64,000 nucleotides of DNA. Source: Candidatus Nomurabacteria bacterium. GTDB lineage: Bacteria > Patescibacteriota > Minisyncoccia > Phycocordibacterales > UBA9973. Under the pieces are notes generated by a model. The model ran no database searches. It was not told the origin of the DNA and worked only from the letters and a program-made list of their open reading frames with translations. A program made the position numbers and the translations under genes. Location of the stretch: NCBI GenBank assembly GCA_031425235.1, contig JANPIZ010000008.1, forward strand, positions 27,377 to 91,376, read 5' to 3'. How positions within the stretch are numbered: position 1 is the first letter of the stretch; every line of letters starts with the position of its first letter. Of the stretch, positions 30,537-40,348 are shown piece after piece.

Positions 30537-32217
30537 AAATTGTAAAAATTGCAAAGCGGATTTCGTCATACTAAGCGAGGATTTTTCATTTTATGAAAAA
30601 ATAAAAGTACCACCACCGACGTGGTGTTTTGTGTGTCGCCAACAACGCCGCTACGCGTGGCGTAACGAGCGTATATTATATCGTCGTAATTGCGATCTTT
30701 GTCAAAAAAGCACGGTGACTATCTATAGTCCTAACAAGCCGTACAAAGTGTATTGTAATGAATGTTGGTGGAGCGATAGCTGGGATACGACACAATATGG
30801 ACGGGATTTTGATTTCTCAAGACCATTTTTTGAACAATTTGCTGAACTTCAGCGTGACGCGCCGCGCATGGCTCTTTTAAATAAAAATAGTGTAAATTCT
30901 GAATACACCAATCATTCTGCTAATAATAAAAATGCGTATCTTTCTTTTTGTGCCTTTGATAGTGAAAACATAATGTACAGTAACTGGGTCATGAAAAATT
31001 CTCGTGACTGCATGGATTGCAGTTTTATTTACGAAAAAGGTGAACGATTGTTTGAGTGCACTGACTCACGATCAAGTTATCAGTCGCAATATAGCACCTT
31101 CCTAAAGGACTGCTCAAATTGTTTGTATTGTTACGATTGCCATGGATCTAGTGATTGTTTTATGTCCACTAATGTAAGAAATAAAAGCTATGTATTTAGA
31201 AATCAGCAACTCACTCGAGAAGAATATCTTGAGAAAATGAAATCTATAGATTTGTCTTCATATCAAGTGAGAGAAAAATTAAATGAAGAATTTCAAGAAT
31301 TAAAAATAAAAGATGCGATCCATCGCTATGTTATAAGTGAGAGAAATGTAAATTCTGTAGGTTCACTGATGTATGATTGTAAAAATGTTGCCACAGCTTT
31401 TGAAGTCAATAAAAGCGAAGATGCTAAATATATTTACGGAGGACTCGAACTCAAAGGTTGTATGGATATTTACCATGCTGGCTACAATACTGAGCTTTGT
31501 TATGAGCTGCACGGCTGTACTCGGACTTCCAATTGCCAGTTTTGTCATCTTTGTTACGACAATCTGAATATTATGTACTGCGACACATGTCAAAACAGTC
31601 AAAACCTTTTTGGTTGCGTCAGTGTTAAAAAAGGAGAGTATATGATTTTAAATAAAAAATATAACAAAGAAGACTATATAGTTCTCAAAGAAAAAATTAT
31701 TGAACACATGAAAAGTACAAATGAATATGGAGAATTTTTTCCACCCGAAATAGCACCTGTATACTATAACGAAACTCAGGGAAATGTATACATGCCTCTT
31801 AGCAAAGAGGAGGTATTAGGGAAAGGCTGGCACTGGGAAGAAACAACGACAGGGACTTTCGGCAAAGAAACAATCCACAGTAATGATATTCCCGATAAAA
31901 TACAAGATATTCTCGACACTTATTTAAAAGAAATTTTCTCTTGTACGGGATGTTCTAAAAATTATAATATTACTCAAAATGAACTTTTGTTTTACCGAAA
32001 AGAAAATATTCCTTTACCGCGTAAATGCCCGAATTGTCGATACAAAAGGAGGTTTGACCTAAGGCCGTCGAGGGAGCTATGGCATCGGGTATGTATGTGT
32101 GACCAAACCCATACAAACCATGGAGGAAAATGTGGGATAGAATTTAAAACTTCGTACGCCCCAGAAAGACTAGAAAAAGTCTACTGTGAAAAATGTTATC
32201 AGCAAGAGGTCTACTAA
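30508..32217 (+). CDS. Cysteine-rich zinc-ribbon-rich protein, paralog 1 of 5 (569 aa); overlaps the grpE stop
   Basis: N-terminal C-x2-C...FYEKIKVPPPTWCFVCRQQRR ribbon, a second CxxC...CxxC ribbon, central CxxCxxCxxC repeats, a C-terminal ribbon, and the invariant tail KVYCEKCYQQEVY. Confidence 0.7.
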   Translation: MSMDTKRATRNCKNCKADFVILSEDFSFYEKIKVPPPTWCFVCRQQRRYAWRNERILYRRNCDLCQKSTVTIYSPNKPYKVYCNECWWSDSWDTTQYGRDFDFSRPFFEQFAELQRDAPRMALLNKNSVNSEYTNHSANNKNAYLSFCAFDSENIMYSNWVMKNSRDCMDCSFIYEKGERLFECTDSRSSYQSQYSTFLKDCSNCLYCYDCHGSSDCFMSTNVRNKSYVFRNQQLTREEYLEKMKSIDLSSYQVREKLNEEFQELKIKDAIHRYVISERNVNSVGSLMYDCKNVATAFEVNKSEDAKYIYGGLELKGCMDIYHAGYNTELCYELHGCTRTSNCQFCHLCYDNLNIMYCDTCQNSQNLFGCVSVKKGEYMILNKKYNKEDYIVLKEKIIEHMKSTNEYGEFFPPEIAPVYYNETQGNVYMPLSKEEVLGKGWHWEETTTGTFGKETIHSNDIPDKIQDILDTYLKEIFSCTGCSKNYNITQNELLFYRKENIPLPRKCPNCRYKRRFDLRPSRELWHRVCMCDQTHTNHGGKCGIEFKTSYAPERLEKVYCEKCYQQEVY

Positions 32218-32277
32218 ATATAATTATTACCTACTTTATCAAACTAAATTACTTTACTTAAGTAAAGTAAACTAAAA

Positions 32278-34020
32278 ATGGAAAGGAAAAGTGAAAATAA
32301 AATATGTCAGAATTGTAAACAAGATTTCACAATAGATCCAGAAGATTTTAATTTTTACGAAAAAATAAAAGTTCCACCACCGACCTTTTGCGCAGAGTGT
32401 CGTATGGTACGAAGACTCATGTGGAGAAATGAGCGGTCTTTAACTAAGCGGGAGTGTGGGCTATGCCATAAATCGCTCATTTCAATGTATTCTGATGCTG
32501 CACCTGTCTATTGCACAGAATGTTTCCATGGGGGAGACTGGGATCAATTCATAAATGCAAAAGAGTATGATTTTACAAAATCTTTTTTCGAGCAATTGAA
32601 AGAATTATTAAAAATAAATCCACGTTTTTATTCCTACAAATTTGGTAATTTTATAAACTCTGAATTCGTAAATTACGCAAAGGACAATAAAAATGTGTAT
32701 CTATCTTTCTCGACCATTTATTGTGAAGATATTTCCTATTCAAACGTTATAGACAAATCTAAAAAGAGTATGGACTGCTTGAATGTAGATAAAATAGATG
32801 GGTGCTATGAAAATATTTATTGTGAAGGGAATTATAATACAACATATGCGGTAAAGTCTCAAAACTGCATAGACTCTAATTTTATTTATGATTGCTCAAA
32901 TTGCTCAGATTGTTTTATGTCAATGAACCAGAGAAATCAAAAGTATGTTTTCCAGAATCAAAAATTAACAAAAGAAGAATATTTTCAAAAAATTAAAGAA
33001 TATAAGTTGAATACATATTCTGGAATAAAAAAAGCTAAAGAAGAATTTGATAACAGTATAAAAAATAAAGCCTTTCATAAATATGCACTTATCTATGCTT
33101 CTGAAAATGCAACAGGAGACAATGTGCATAATGCTCGTAATCTAAAACAAGTCTTTGATACGTATGAATCTGAAAATATTTCGTATGCAAACAGAGTGCT
33201 ATGGACAAAAGACACTATGGATGTTTCTGGGTGTGGCTACGGTGAGCTTATTTATGAATCTATGGCGGCAACTCAAAATACATTTAAAGATTTCTTTTGT
33301 TATATGACAATTGAAGGATGTCGTGAGTGTGAGTATTCTATTGCCTTAACAAATTGCTCAAATTGTTTCGGTTGTGTTGGGCTCAAGAATACACAGTATT
33401 GTATTTTTAATAAACAATATGAAAAAGAACAATATTTTGAAATGGTTGAGAAAATAAAAAAGCATATGAATGATATGCCGTATGTGGATGAAAAGGGTAG
33501 AGTTTTCGCTTACGGGGAATTTTTTCCATATGATTTATGTCCTTTTGGTTATAATGAAGGAAATGCCCACGACTTTTTTCCAATTTCAAAAGAAGATGCA
33601 TTAGAGCGGGGATATAATTGGAAAGAAAAAGAGAAAAAAGATTATAAAGTAACCATACAAAGCTCAGATTTATTGGATAATATAACTGATGTGTCAGACG
33701 ATATTTTAAAGGAAATAATTTCTTGTCCTAATAATGGCGACCAAATGACGCAGTGTACGAGTGCTTTTAAAATCGTCCCCGCCGAACTGCAATTTTATAA
33801 ACAGAAGAATTTGCCAATACCTCGATACTGTCCTAACTGTAGACATTATGAAAGGCTAAAATATAGAAATCCGATTAAACTTTGGAAAAGGGGATGTATG
33901 TGTGACAAATCCCATGCTCATCACGTTGGGCAATGTAGCATAGAGTTCGAAACCACATATGCTCCCGAGCGAACCGAGAAAGTGTATTGTGAAAAATGTT
34001 ATCAGCAGGAGGTATACTAG
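32278..34020 (+). CDS. Cysteine-rich zinc-ribbon-rich protein, paralog 2 (580 aa)
   Basis: Same architecture; C-terminus ...KVYCEKCYQQEVY. Confidence 0.7.
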   Translation: MERKSENKICQNCKQDFTIDPEDFNFYEKIKVPPPTFCAECRMVRRLMWRNERSLTKRECGLCHKSLISMYSDAAPVYCTECFHGGDWDQFINAKEYDFTKSFFEQLKELLKINPRFYSYKFGNFINSEFVNYAKDNKNVYLSFSTIYCEDISYSNVIDKSKKSMDCLNVDKIDGCYENIYCEGNYNTTYAVKSQNCIDSNFIYDCSNCSDCFMSMNQRNQKYVFQNQKLTKEEYFQKIKEYKLNTYSGIKKAKEEFDNSIKNKAFHKYALIYASENATGDNVHNARNLKQVFDTYESENISYANRVLWTKDTMDVSGCGYGELIYESMAATQNTFKDFFCYMTIEGCRECEYSIALTNCSNCFGCVGLKNTQYCIFNKQYEKEQYFEMVEKIKKHMNDMPYVDEKGRVFAYGEFFPYDLCPFGYNEGNAHDFFPISKEDALERGYNWKEKEKKDYKVTIQSSDLLDNITDVSDDILKEIISCPNNGDQMTQCTSAFKIVPAELQFYKQKNLPIPRYCPNCRHYERLKYRNPIKLWKRGCMCDKSHAHHVGQCSIEFETTYAPERTEKVYCEKCYQQEVY

Positions 34021-34835
34021 CTATCAATATTCATTTTTTCGAATAATTTATCAGATTTTTCCTTTGTTATTTTTATTTTCTTTGAAAGTTTCCAAACAAC
34101 ATCAAATTGTGAAGATATCATATCAGCGAACTCTTTGCTTTCAATTATAAATCCAAAATTATCTTTTTGCGAGGAAACAAAAGAAACTTTATTCTCATAA
34201 ATCCAATAACCCATCGAGAAGTTTATATCTTTTGGGGCAATACGTATTTCTCGGATGAATTTCTCACCTGTGCCCATAAAAGGGTAGTCATCCATACTTA
34301 CTACTTGATTTTCTGGCCATATAGCTTCTATGTAGATGCCTCGCCTGACTCTCTCTTTATTAAATTCCTCAAAAAAGTCTTCACCAAGGGATCTCAACAT
34401 ATCTTTTATAGGCCAATAGGACTTACCTTTAATGTTTCTATACAAAAGGAGATCTCTCGGAATATTTTTCATTTCTTCCTTGCCTTCAAATATTTGAAAT
34501 CTAGGCATTACAGATGGCTTCACCCCTTTTCTTATTTCTAAAAAAACATTTTCTATAGCCTGTTTAGTATTTGTTATTTCTTTAATTTTTTCATCCATCA
34601 AGAGGTTAATTTTATCTTGTGATGTCACAGAAAACACCTTCACCCCATCTTTTCTAGATTCTATAACCAATCCCTTTTCCTGGAGATTTTTTAAAAAGCC
34701 GTACAAAGACGGACGGGAGAGTCCAGTTTTCTTTGCAATGTTGCCGGCCGTTTGTCCTGCATTTTCAATTAGAAAAAGGAAGACCTTGGTCTCATCTTCT
34801 TTCAGACCTAAAAATGCAAGTTTTTTATCTATCAT
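34017..34835 (-). CDS. TrmB-family transcriptional regulator (winged HTH plus TrmB C-terminal domain)
   Basis: N-terminal wHTH (GNIAKKTGLSRPSLYGFLKNLQEKGLV); 272 aa. Confidence 0.6.
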   Translation of the reverse strand: MIDKKLAFLGLKEDETKVFLFLIENAGQTAGNIAKKTGLSRPSLYGFLKNLQEKGLVIESRKDGVKVFSVTSQDKINLLMDEKIKEITNTKQAIENVFLEIRKGVKPSVMPRFQIFEGKEEMKNIPRDLLLYRNIKGKSYWPIKDMLRSLGEDFFEEFNKERVRRGIYIEAIWPENQVVSMDDYPFMGTGEKFIREIRIAPKDINFSMGYWIYENKVSFVSSQKDNFGFIIESKEFADMISSQFDVVWKLSKKIKITKEKSDKLFEKMNIDS

Positions 34836-34937
34836 ACATTAAACTGTATACTATTTTCATTTGTTGTCAAGATTGTGCAACAGTAGTGACACTATTAGGC
34901 ATTTGTGTAATAATTACCTTGTGCGATAATTAATAAA

Positions 34938-36599
34938 ATGAATTCAAAAAACAAAAACTGTGAGAATTGTAAAAATGACTTCCAAATAGAAGTGGAGGAT
35001 TTTTCCTTTTACGAAAAGATGGGAATTCAGGTTCCCAAAATCTGCCCACAATGCAGGCTGCAAAACAGAATGCTTTTTAGAAATTTTAAAACATTATACA
35101 AAAGACCTTCTAGCAAGTCGGGCGATATGATAGTTTCAGTTTACAGCCCTGAAGTAAAATTCCCAGTGTATAGCGTTTTGGAATGGTGGAGTGATGATTG
35201 GGATCCAATGAGCTATGGTATGGATTTTGATAGTGAAAAGCCCTTCTTCTCCCAGCTCTTGGAATTATCAAATAAAGTGCCTCGATGGTCAATGATGAAT
35301 TCTCAATGTGAGAATTGTGAATACTCAAATCAAATAAATAAAAGTAAGAACTGTTATATGATATCAGGTGGGTTAGATGACGAGGACTGCGATTATGGCC
35401 ATATTGTCTGGAATTCAAAAGACTCAATTGATAACTTATACTTGTTTAAATCTGAATCATGCTATGAATGCATTGACTGTGTTGCATCAAACAAGCTTTC
35501 TTACTCCCAAGAGTGTGAAAGTTGCTTAGACAGTATTGGGCTTTTTGATTGTCGGAATTGTTTAAACTGTATTGGATGTGTGGGACTTGTTGGCAAATCA
35601 TACTGTATTTTTAATAAGCAAGTAACAAAAGAAGAGTACAAAGAATTTTTATTAAAATACCCCTTAAATCAAAAAAGCTCCATTGAATATATTTTGAGAG
35701 AAAGAGATACTTTACGAGAAAGTTTGCCCCAGAGATCATTCTTTGGCTCTAGGAACAATGGAGTTTCTGGCAACCATATTTACAATGCCCACAATGTTCA
35801 CTATTCTTTTGATGTTAAAAGTGGTGAGAATTCAAAATTTTGTTTTACTGTAAGAAAAGCCATTGATTCATATGATGCTTCGTTTACTGGTGAATTATCT
35901 GAGTGTTATCAAGTCCTCACTATGCTTAACTCAAATAAAGTCATCGGCTCTGAAACTATATTAGACTCACATGATATATACTATTCAAACAACTGCTATA
36001 ACTCTGACAATCTTTTTGGTTGTTATGGTTTACGTAAAAAATCATATTGTATTTTGAACAAACAATATTCAAAAGAGGAATATATGATTATAAAAGATAA
36101 GATAATTGAGCAATTAAAAAGCACAGGGGACTTCGGAGCATTTTTCCCAAGACAACTCAGCCCTTTTGGCTATAATGAGGCCATTGTAAACGAATATATG
36201 CCAATGACAAAAGATGCAGCCCTAAGTAATGGGTTCACATGGAAAGACAATATACCTGGAACTAAGGGGCAAGGGACAATTGAAAATTCAAAATTACCTA
36301 CCAACCCAGAAGAGTATAGCGATAGACTAATACAAGAAATACTAACTTGTGAAAATTGTGATAAAAATTACAAACTTATAAACAGAGAGATAAATTTTTA
36401 TAAAAAAAATAAACTGTCTATTCCGAATAAATGTTTCAATTGCCGACACGCTGCCCGAATGAAAAAAAGAAACCCAAGAGTACTCTTTGCGGGAACTTGC
36501 GCCAAATGTAATAAAAAAATTCAAACATCATATACGACTGAAGACCAACTTAAATATAAAGTCTATTGCGAAAAGTGTTATCAGCAAGAAGTCTATTAA
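34938..36599 (+). CDS. Cysteine-rich zinc-ribbon-rich protein, paralog 3 (553 aa); second N-terminal ribbon degenerate
   Basis: Same family; ends ...KVYCEKCYQQEVY. Confidence 0.7.
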   Translation: MNSKNKNCENCKNDFQIEVEDFSFYEKMGIQVPKICPQCRLQNRMLFRNFKTLYKRPSSKSGDMIVSVYSPEVKFPVYSVLEWWSDDWDPMSYGMDFDSEKPFFSQLLELSNKVPRWSMMNSQCENCEYSNQINKSKNCYMISGGLDDEDCDYGHIVWNSKDSIDNLYLFKSESCYECIDCVASNKLSYSQECESCLDSIGLFDCRNCLNCIGCVGLVGKSYCIFNKQVTKEEYKEFLLKYPLNQKSSIEYILRERDTLRESLPQRSFFGSRNNGVSGNHIYNAHNVHYSFDVKSGENSKFCFTVRKAIDSYDASFTGELSECYQVLTMLNSNKVIGSETILDSHDIYYSNNCYNSDNLFGCYGLRKKSYCILNKQYSKEEYMIIKDKIIEQLKSTGDFGAFFPRQLSPFGYNEAIVNEYMPMTKDAALSNGFTWKDNIPGTKGQGTIENSKLPTNPEEYSDRLIQEILTCENCDKNYKLINREINFYKKNKLSIPNKCFNCRHAARMKKRNPRVLFAGTCAKCNKKIQTSYTTEDQLKYKVYCEKCYQQEVY

Positions 36600-36624
36600 A
36601 TGTCGTACTTTTCTTTATTCAACT

Positions 36625-36647
36625 ATCAGCGTACTAGTACGATAGTA
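36625..36647. promoter_or_regulatory. TrpR-operator-like palindrome (core CGTACTAGTACG within ctATCAGCGTACTAGTACGATAGta)
   Basis: Perfect 12-bp palindrome containing the ACTAGT half-site. Same extended motif occurs at 58128-58151 and 58536-58558. Confidence 0.45.
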
Positions 36648-36705
36648 TAAGGTTACAAATAAGTTAGTTATTTACCGAAAGATTCAAATAGGACTTTTTT
36701 GGTTT

Positions 36706-36745
36706 CCCCGCCTGCATCAGCTATGCTGAAAGCATTGCGGGCAGG
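36706..36745 (+). repeat. 40-nt GC-rich repeat element, copy 1 (intergenic, between convergent genes)
   Basis: ccccgcctgcatcagctatgctgaaagcattgcgggcagg; matches 50203-50242 (reverse complement) and 55086-55125 at ~90-93% identity. Confidence 0.7.
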
Positions 36746-36750
36746 TTCGT

Positions 36751-37269
36751 CTACTTACTAAAACTTTCCATAAATACTTTTCTTGAGACATCGTCTATAT
36801 TATCTGTAACCAGTATCATAATTTCTGTTGTTAGACCTAAATCTTTTTTTATGTTCATGAAAAGGTGTTCGTATGGATATGGTGAAATCCATGCCGAATT
36901 TTTAAGGCAGACAAACTGCGCTTTTTTGAGTAGGTACCTCAAGCTCTCGCGCTCACTTTTTCGTGATTCGGGAAGATCGAGCAAAATAATTCTCCAATAC
37001 CCATCCCAGTTTGTGCTCGCGAGCGTAGTTTCGTTTTCTAGTGTTAAGCTATGAACCTTTTTCTTGCCTTCTTTGGTGAGGCGGGCGTAGCTTTGATGTG
37101 CAGAGTCGTGAAGCTCCACCAGCCCTCCGCTTACGAGGTTTTTGAGGCTTCTAGATAGGGCGTAGGTGCCTTTTGAATCTTCATTTTCCTTTAGAATTTC
37201 AGTCGGTAATACTGATTTTTGCCCTAGAATCTTCAATATTTTCTTGGAATATTCTTGTTTATTTGACAT
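36751..37269 (-). CDS. Winged-helix transcriptional regulator (PaaX-like architecture)
   Basis: N-terminal wHTH; C-terminal WDGYWRIILLDLPE motif resembling the PaaX C-terminal domain. Confidence 0.4.
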   Translation of the reverse strand: MSNKQEYSKKILKILGQKSVLPTEILKENEDSKGTYALSRSLKNLVSGGLVELHDSAHQSYARLTKEGKKKVHSLTLENETTLASTNWDGYWRIILLDLPESRKSERESLRYLLKKAQFVCLKNSAWISPYPYEHLFMNIKKDLGLTTEIMILVTDNIDDVSRKVFMESFSK

Positions 37270-37301
37270 ACGTATATATTATAATATATAATCTCATTTA
37301 A

Positions 37302-37329
37302 CAAGTATTTCGTGATCGCTAAATACTTG
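37302..37329. promoter_or_regulatory. 9-bp perfect inverted repeat CAAGTATTT-N10-AAATACTTG in the divergent promoter region between the regulator and the dnaK-upstream gene
   Basis: Read directly; flanked by repeated ACGTATATA(T/A)TATAA boxes. Confidence 0.4.
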
Positions 37330-37361
37330 CAAATATTTTCCACACGTATATAATATAAAAT

Positions 37362-37754
37362 ATGGACGAAGGAAAAGTACAACAAAAAACTATAGAGGAA
37401 TGGAAAGAACTCTATTTGCAAAGGTTTAAAGATTTTCATGATAATTTTTCAGATGAAATTCCCGAAGAGATATTACACGGTCCTAATTCAAAAAACTTTA
37501 GCTCTGAAAATTATAAATTCAAGGTACGCGGTAATTGGTTTGTTGCAGTTAGGAATAATTTTGAGAATGCAGCAAGAATGAAAATATTTCCAGAAGAATT
37601 TAACAAAGAGTGGAGATCTTTTTTTAAAGCTTACGGAGAAAAGATGTCTAAATCTGGAGTTTGGGAAAATGTCACTAGAACAACAAAAGAGGATATTGAT
37701 ACAGCAAACAATTTTTTATTAAAAGCACAAGAAATTATAAATTTAACAAAATAA
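37362..37754 (+). CDS. Hypothetical protein (130 aa), immediately upstream of dnaK (4-nt gap)
   Basis: ORF only. Confidence 0.4.
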   Translation: MDEGKVQQKTIEEWKELYLQRFKDFHDNFSDEIPEEILHGPNSKNFSSENYKFKVRGNWFVAVRNNFENAARMKIFPEEFNKEWRSFFKAYGEKMSKSGVWENVTRTTKEDIDTANNFLLKAQEIINLTK

Positions 37755-37758
37755 ATAT

Positions 37759-39675
37759 ATGTCAAAAATAATAGGTATAGACTTAGGTACAACAAACTCA
37801 GCATTTGCCGTCATTGAAGGTGGTGCACCAAAAATTATTGAAAATATTGAAGGTGCTCGCACGACACCGAGTATTGTTTCTGTTGCTAAAAATGGCGACA
37901 GGCTTGTAGGACTTCTTGCAAAACGTCAGGCTGTGACAAACCCAGAAAACACTGTCTACGGTATCAAGCGCTTTATGGGCCACAATTTCGAAGATCCTGA
38001 AGTTCAAAAAGATTTAAAAAACGCATCCTTTAAAATTCAAAAAGGTGCGAGCGGTGGCGTAGAAGTAATGATCGGTGACAAGTGGATGCGACCGGAAGAA
38101 ATTTCTGCGATGATCCTCGGTAAAATGAAAGCTGATGCGGAAGCAAAACTTGGGGAAAAAGTTACTGAAGCGGTGATCACTGTTCCTGCATATTTTAACG
38201 ATGCACAACGTAAAGCCACCAAAGACGCTGGAGCTATCGCAGGGCTCGACGTAAAACGTATTATCAATGAGCCGACAGCAGCAGCGCTTGCATATGGATT
38301 TAATAAAAAGAAAAATGAAAAAGTCGTCGTGTATGACTTTGGAGGAGGAACATTCGATGTGTCAGTACTTGAGATCGGTGATGACGTTATCGAAGTAAAG
38401 TCGACAGATGGAGACAGCCACCTTGGAGGTCGTGATATTGACCATAAGGTCATTGCCTGGATTGCAGAAGAATTCAAAAAGACTTCTGGTATCGATGTTC
38501 GTAATGACAAGCTAGCCTTACAACGCCTCGATGAAGCGGCAGAAAAAGCAAAAATAGAACTTTCTACGTCTATTGAAACTGAAATAAATATTCCGTTTAT
38601 TACTTCTACTGCGGAAGGTCCACAACACTTACTCCTAAAAATGACTCGGGCTCAACTCGAAGCTATCGCAGATGAATATATCACTCGTTCGATCGAGATC
38701 ACAAAGCGTGCAATGGCGGCATCTGGTTTCAAAATAGAAGACATGAATGAGATCATAATGGTTGGAGGTCAGACACGAATGCCAAAGATCGTTGAAGAAG
38801 TAAAAAATGTTTTTGGTAAAACTCCAAACCTTTCTATCAACCCTGACGAAGTGGTGGCTCTCGGTGCAGCGGTGCAAGCGGGAGTATTACAAGGTGATGT
38901 GCGTGACGTGCTTCTCCTTGACGTGATTCCGCTTTCGCTGGGTATTGAAACACTCGGTGGAGTAGCTACAAAACTTGTCGAGAGAAATACAACTATCCCG
39001 TCGAGTAAATCCCAAACATTCTCCACTGCTGCTGACAATCAAACATCTGTAGAAATACACATTGTTCAAGGTGAACGCCCAATGGCGAGCGACAACAAAT
39101 CTCTCGGACGATTTATCTTGGACGGAGTGCCACCAGCACCACGAGGTATGCCCCAGATTGAAGTGTCATTTGATGTGGATGCAAACGGAATTTTGAACGT
39201 AACTGCAAAAGATAAAGCGAGTGGTAAAACTCAATCCATCAAAATCGAAGCAAGTTCAGGACTAAAGGATGAAGATATCAAAAAAATGCAAGCTGATGCT
39301 GAACTTCATGCCGAAGAAGATAAAAAGAAAAAGGAGGTCGTCGATGTAAAAAATACCGCTGAAATGACTATGTATACTGCTGAAAAGGCACTGAAGGATG
39401 CAGGTGACAAGATTCCAGCAGAGTTAAAGAGTGAGGTTGAAGCAAAGATAACAACACTCAAAGGAGTAAAAGATGGCACAGATGGCGAAGCCATAAAGAA
39501 GGCGACAGAAGAACTTTCCGCTGAAATGTCAAAGATAGGTGAAGCGATGGCAAAAGCCGGAGCCGCACCGGAAGCTGGAACAAATCCGACACCTGAAGAA
39601 CAGCCAGCGGAAGTAGAAGCAAAAGACGCAGAATTCAAAGAAGCTCCAAAGGAAGGAGAAGAAACAAAAGCATAA
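37759..39675 (+). CDS. dnaK: Molecular chaperone DnaK (Hsp70)
   Basis: [18 protein letters not shown], the EEVD-less bacterial C-terminus; 638 aa. Confidence 0.95.
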   Translation: MSKIIGIDLGTTNSAFAVIEGGAPKIIENIEGARTTPSIVSVAKNGDRLVGLLAKRQAVTNPENTVYGIKRFMGHNFEDPEVQKDLKNASFKIQKGASGGVEVMIGDKWMRPEEISAMILGKMKADAEAKLGEKVTEAVITVPAYFNDAQRKATKDAGAIAGLDVKRIINEPTAAALAYGFNKKKNEKVVVYDFGGGTFDVSVLEIGDDVIEVKSTDGDSHLGGRDIDHKVIAWIAEEFKKTSGIDVRNDKLALQRLDEAAEKAKIELSTSIETEINIPFITSTAEGPQHLLLKMTRAQLEAIADEYITRSIEITKRAMAASGFKIEDMNEIIMVGGQTRMPKIVEEVKNVFGKTPNLSINPDEVVALGAAVQAGVLQGDVRDVLLLDVIPLSLGIETLGGVATKLVERNTTIPSSKSQTFSTAADNQTSVEIHIVQGERPMASDNKSLGRFILDGVPPAPRGMPQIEVSFDVDANGILNVTAKDKASGKTQSIKIEASSGLKDEDIKKMQADAELHAEEDKKKKEVVDVKNTAEMTMYTAEKALKDAGDKIPAELKSEVEAKITTLKGVKDGTDGEAIKKATEELSAEMSKIGEAMAKAGAAPEAGTNPTPEEQPAEVEAKDAEFKEAPKEGEETKA

Positions 39676-39685
39676 TTAATACACT

Positions 39686-39711
39686 AAAAAGCCCTCTAAA
39701 GAGGGCTTTTT
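39686..39711 (+). terminator. Rho-independent terminator after dnaK (AAAAAGCCCTC-taaa-GAGGGCTTTTT)
   Basis: Hairpin plus U-tract. Confidence 0.75.
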
Positions 39712-39976
39712 AGTTATGCACTTTTTGGTGTTTGACAAGAAATATTTAGGGTGTACTCTGAAAACAGAACAGTTCCTACTCTGTTTCCTGTCTATTCTTA
39801 GTTTTTTTGAAGAAAGCTAAGACCTATCACATTTACCCGTTTTACTTCGAGGTTTAGTTGCAATCAGCTAAACCTCACCCCAATCACTTTTAAACAGCCC
39901 ATAAGGGTTTTTCTTTTTTTATACATGATATAATCTATTTAGGCCGATATTATAAATTTAATCGTAAAAATGTAAT

Positions 39977-40192
39977 ATGGAAAATAATAACTCAGGAAGC
40001 AATACAAACACAATCCTTATTGTTGTTGTATTGATCATCCTTGTTGGTTTAGGAGTATGGTGGTTTACTATGAGGTCTGCACCAGCAAATGATACTTCAG
40101 GTATCGATGTTAATGTAGATTTGCCAGGTGGTGACACAGGCGCAGGTGGCACAGTGCCGACTGGTAGCGGAGGAGGATCAGCAGTGGAATAA
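39977..40192 (+). CDS. Small membrane protein (71 aa): one transmembrane helix plus Gly-rich tail
   Basis: ILIVVVLIILVGLGVWWF; followed by terminator 40214-40238. Confidence 0.45.
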   Translation: MENNNSGSNTNTILIVVVLIILVGLGVWWFTMRSAPANDTSGIDVNVDLPGGDTGAGGTVPTGSGGGSAVE

Positions 40193-40213
40193 AAATTTAA
40201 AATGATTTTTACT

Positions 40214-40238
40214 AAAAAGCCCTTGATAGGGCTTTTTA
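40214..40238 (+). terminator. Rho-independent terminator (AAAAAGCCC-ttgata-GGGCTTTTT)
   Basis: Hairpin plus U-tract. Confidence 0.65.
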
Positions 40239-40348
40239 GTTGGGTGCATATTTGGTACCCTGTAGTAGATTTTAGAAAGATGATTTTATTTAAAATCACG
40301 CTAAAAAGCATTTCCAAAATTCACTACAGGGTGGTATAGTTTATATAT

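Noticed and set aside
38037-39638. Several minus-strand ORFs inside dnaK (157 aa, 110 aa, 89 aa and others)
   Set aside because: Antisense artefacts of a highly conserved gene.
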